A stretch of DNA of 64,000 nucleotides, from sequence record LR756504.1. One strand, 5' to 3'. Below the pieces are notes generated by a model. That model did no database searches. It saw only the letters and a program-made list of their open reading frames with translations, and was not told the origin of the DNA. How positions within the stretch are numbered: position 1 is the first letter of the stretch; every line of letters begins with the position of its first letter. Of the stretch, positions 61,692 through 64,000 are shown one piece after another. A program made the position numbers and the translations under genes.

Positions 61692-61724
61692 AACTATTTA
61701 AAAAAAATCTCTATAATACTTAGA

Positions 61725-62492
61725 ATGAAAGAATATTTAGAAAATATAGGGAAAAAGTTTTTTGATGCTGAGTATTTAAAAACATCAGTAAAATCTGTTG
61801 TAATTATTTTTTGTGATGGTGAGCCAATGGGAAGTGGTGTTTTTATTAACAGTAATACAATATTAACTGCTAAACATGTAGTAGAAAACTATAAAATAAT
61901 TACAGCTATTCAAGAATTAAATGAAGTTAGTGAAGATGATATACTTACTATCGGAAATGAATATACTGTTCATACCTGCAATATTTCGGAAAATTCGGAT
62001 TTAGCTCTTTTGTTAACAGTAGAGCCTTATAAAAATATTGTACCAAGAATAAATTTTAATTATCCTAATGTGAATGATTATTGCATGACTTATTCATATC
62101 AAAAATTTAAAAATGAGGATGATATTTTATTTAGAAATTTTGTCGGCTCAAATGGTAAAATTTTAGAATTATATCCATACAGTAGAGATTCTAAATGGAT
62201 TAATTATCCTAGTTTCTGTATAAATACTAAGTTCACACCTGGTATGAGTGGTGGTCCTATTTTTGATATTGATGGATGTTTATGTGGTATTGTATGTACT
62301 GGTAGTGATGGTGATGATGAAAATGAATATGCAGTAGGTTCTTTATTACATCCATTACTTGGAATAAAATTACAGTTATCAGATGATAGAGCTTTTACTT
62401 TAATTGAAATGTTAAAAACTAGAAATCTAATTAATACTTTAAATCTTGATATAGGTATAGAATTATATAATGAATATTTAAAAATAAAATAA
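61725..62492 (+). CDS. Trypsin-like serine protease
   Basis: GSGVFI, TAKHV (His), DLALL (Asp), GMSGGP (Ser). Confidence 0.9.
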   Translation: MKEYLENIGKKFFDAEYLKTSVKSVVIIFCDGEPMGSGVFINSNTILTAKHVVENYKIITAIQELNEVSEDDILTIGNEYTVHTCNISENSDLALLLTVEPYKNIVPRINFNYPNVNDYCMTYSYQKFKNEDDILFRNFVGSNGKILELYPYSRDSKWINYPSFCINTKFTPGMSGGPIFDIDGCLCGIVCTGSDGDDENEYAVGSLLHPLLGIKLQLSDDRAFTLIEMLKTRNLINTLNLDIGIELYNEYLKIK

Positions 62493-62767
62493 TATAATAT
62501 GATAATAATTAAAGTGAATGGTAATGAATATAAATATAATGATAATAGTAATTATACATTATTAGAAAATGGCAATAAAATACAGTTACAGTCGTCTACT
62601 AATGATATTATGAGTATATTGAGAAATGCTAATAATTATTCTAATTTTTCTATAGAATGTGAGGAAGATGCTTCATATAATGGTGTGTATAATCTTGATA
62701 CACCAACATCAGAAAGTTCAAGAGATTATATTAAACAAATGATAACTTTTACAAAATGATTGATTGA

Positions 62768-63310
62768 ATGTGTAAATGTTTTCTATGTGATAAACCTTTT
62801 AAAAAGAAAGCTGGTAAGAAGTTTTGTTCAAGTTTATGTAATGGTAGATATAACTCTAAAAAGAATAGAGAAACTATTAAAGAAGTACAATATTTTGATT
62901 GTCCTGAATGTTCTATAAAATTTATTAAGAATAAACATAATCAAAAGTTTTGTAGTAAAGAATGTAATAATATTCATCATAAGAAGTATTATATAGAGAA
63001 TAAAAAAGCTACACATTTTTTAATATTTAAAAGAGATGATTTTAAGTGCATTTATTGTGGAAAGTCTTCTATAGAGGATAGTATTAAATTACATATAGAT
63101 CATGTATATCCAGTTGATAAAGGCGGTAGTAATGATTTGATGAATTTGGTAACATCTTGTGAAGAATGTAATACGAGAAAATCTCATAAGTATTTATCAA
63201 AAGAAGTTCTATTTAGGATATGGAATAGAAATAAAGAACTGAATAAAATTTTATTCGATGAAAGTACCTATACTAAATTAGTTGATGAATTTAATAAAAT
63301 AGTAAGATAG
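62768..63310 (+). CDS. HNH endonuclease with N-terminal zinc-finger repeats
   Basis: RDDFKCIYCG, HIDHVYP..KGG.N...NLVTSCEECN; two KFCS..C repeats. Confidence 0.9.
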   Translation: MCKCFLCDKPFKKKAGKKFCSSLCNGRYNSKKNRETIKEVQYFDCPECSIKFIKNKHNQKFCSKECNNIHHKKYYIENKKATHFLIFKRDDFKCIYCGKSSIEDSIKLHIDHVYPVDKGGSNDLMNLVTSCEECNTRKSHKYLSKEVLFRIWNRNKELNKILFDESTYTKLVDEFNKIVR

Positions 63311-63333
63311 TATGTATGTATTTTATACACATA

Positions 63334-64000
63334 TCATTTTTTCTTGGTTGAAAAGGATAGGTTATATTTTCTTTCAAACTCAGCTTCACCTATAGTATTA
63401 ATAGTATCACTAATCCATTTAGTATCTCTCTTAGCTGGGTCATACCAATAGTAAAGTCTTAATGGATTAAAGATGTTCTTCTTTAACTCAGCTTGTCTGA
63501 ATACATCATAGAATAAATTATGACCATTAGGGGCAGAGTTAATAAAAAATCTTGCATCAGATTTAGAACTTTGAACAACTGTACATAATTTAAAAAAGGT
63601 TTCAATATTATGAGGTGAACCGAAACCCATGTCCATAAATATTACGACATCTATATCATCATTGATATAAGAATACCTATGAGTCTTATACATATTTACT
63701 TCAGAACCGTTAGATAGTTGAATACCTTTTACCTTACTTTGGTTATTAGTTATTTCTATCTCAGGGAAGAATCTAAGGATTCTTTTAAAACGATAGTTCA
63801 ATTCTATAAGAAGCTCTTCACAGTTTTCCCATATAGGAGAAGACACTACAATTTTTTTATTAGGATTGGTAAGTAGGTAATGAAGGATAAAGTACGTATA
63901 AGCCTTTATCATATCTGTCCCTTCCGAGTTCATTACTATGTTAAAACGATTGCTCCACGTGTCTATAATGGGGCTTAAATAGGCACTATTCTCCTCTTTA
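63334..64000 (-). CDS. Degenerate T4 gp17-like terminase ATPase domain (no Walker A/B, no nuclease); 5' end beyond window
   Basis: Frame open to the window edge (...WSNRFNIVMNSEGTD); LSNGS, VIFMDMGF, INSAPNGHNLFYD, RDTKW..TI..IG..EF..KY.LSF align with gp17. Confidence 0.7.
   Translation of the reverse strand, partial: KEENSAYLSPIIDTWSNRFNIVMNSEGTDMIKAYTYFILHYLLTNPNKKIVVSSPIWENCEELLIELNYRFKRILRFFPEIEITNNQSKVKGIQLSNGSEVNMYKTHRYSYINDDIDVVIFMDMGFGSPHNIETFFKLCTVVQSSKSDARFFINSAPNGHNLFYDVFRQAELKKNIFNPLRLYYWYDPAKRDTKWISDTINTIGEAEFERKYNLSFSTKKK

Noticed and set aside
1-64000. Stop-codon reassignment (TAG or TGA), as in some large Bacteroidota phages
   Set aside because: Recognisable genes are full length in code 11, and TAG and TGA both end genes at sensible positions; no suppressor anticodon among the tRNAs. 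The in-frame TGA at 57017 is in a demonstrably broken gene.

Overview
64-kb AT-rich segment of a large (jumbo-type, T4-like) dsDNA phage accessory region, standard genetic code. Eight exact copies of the Bacteroidota housekeeping promoter (TTTG-N20-TAnnTTTG) point to a Bacteroidota host. Family assignments come from motif recognition by eye; no searches were run. Headline observation: a 29-aa leader peptide missed by the ORF track (16039-16128) has 11 consecutive Leu/Ser/Cys codons and complete 1:2 / 2:3 / 3:4 attenuator hairpins, directly upstream of an 8-gene tRNA operon made only of Leu, Ser and Cys tRNAs whose anticodons match the leader codons. This looks like a ribosome-stalling sensor that would switch on phage tRNAs when host tRNAs are depleted. 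Around it lie tRNA/RNA repair-like genes (CCA-enzyme-type HD domain, HAD phosphatase, KxDG RNA ligase), a stand-alone SerRS tRNA-binding arm and a NADAR. Two mutually exclusive short peptide tags mark dozens of otherwise unrelated ORFs: an N-terminal MK(Y/H)(I/L)KxF(E) tag resembling the T4 capsid-targeting sequence and linked to a WATATATA promoter motif, and a C-terminal R-x-x-K-I-x-x-L tag on more than 30 small proteins linked to an AAACTW-N15/16-TATAAT promoter. Also present: degenerate copies of core proteins (terminase ATPase, PolB palm), several paralog arrays, two HNH and one GIY-YIG endonucleases, DnaJ, GDP-fucose synthase, SET, patatin, a glycoside hydrolase, a tRNA-like pseudogene and two disrupted genes. 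No CRISPR array, rRNA, integrase or reverse transcriptase was seen.
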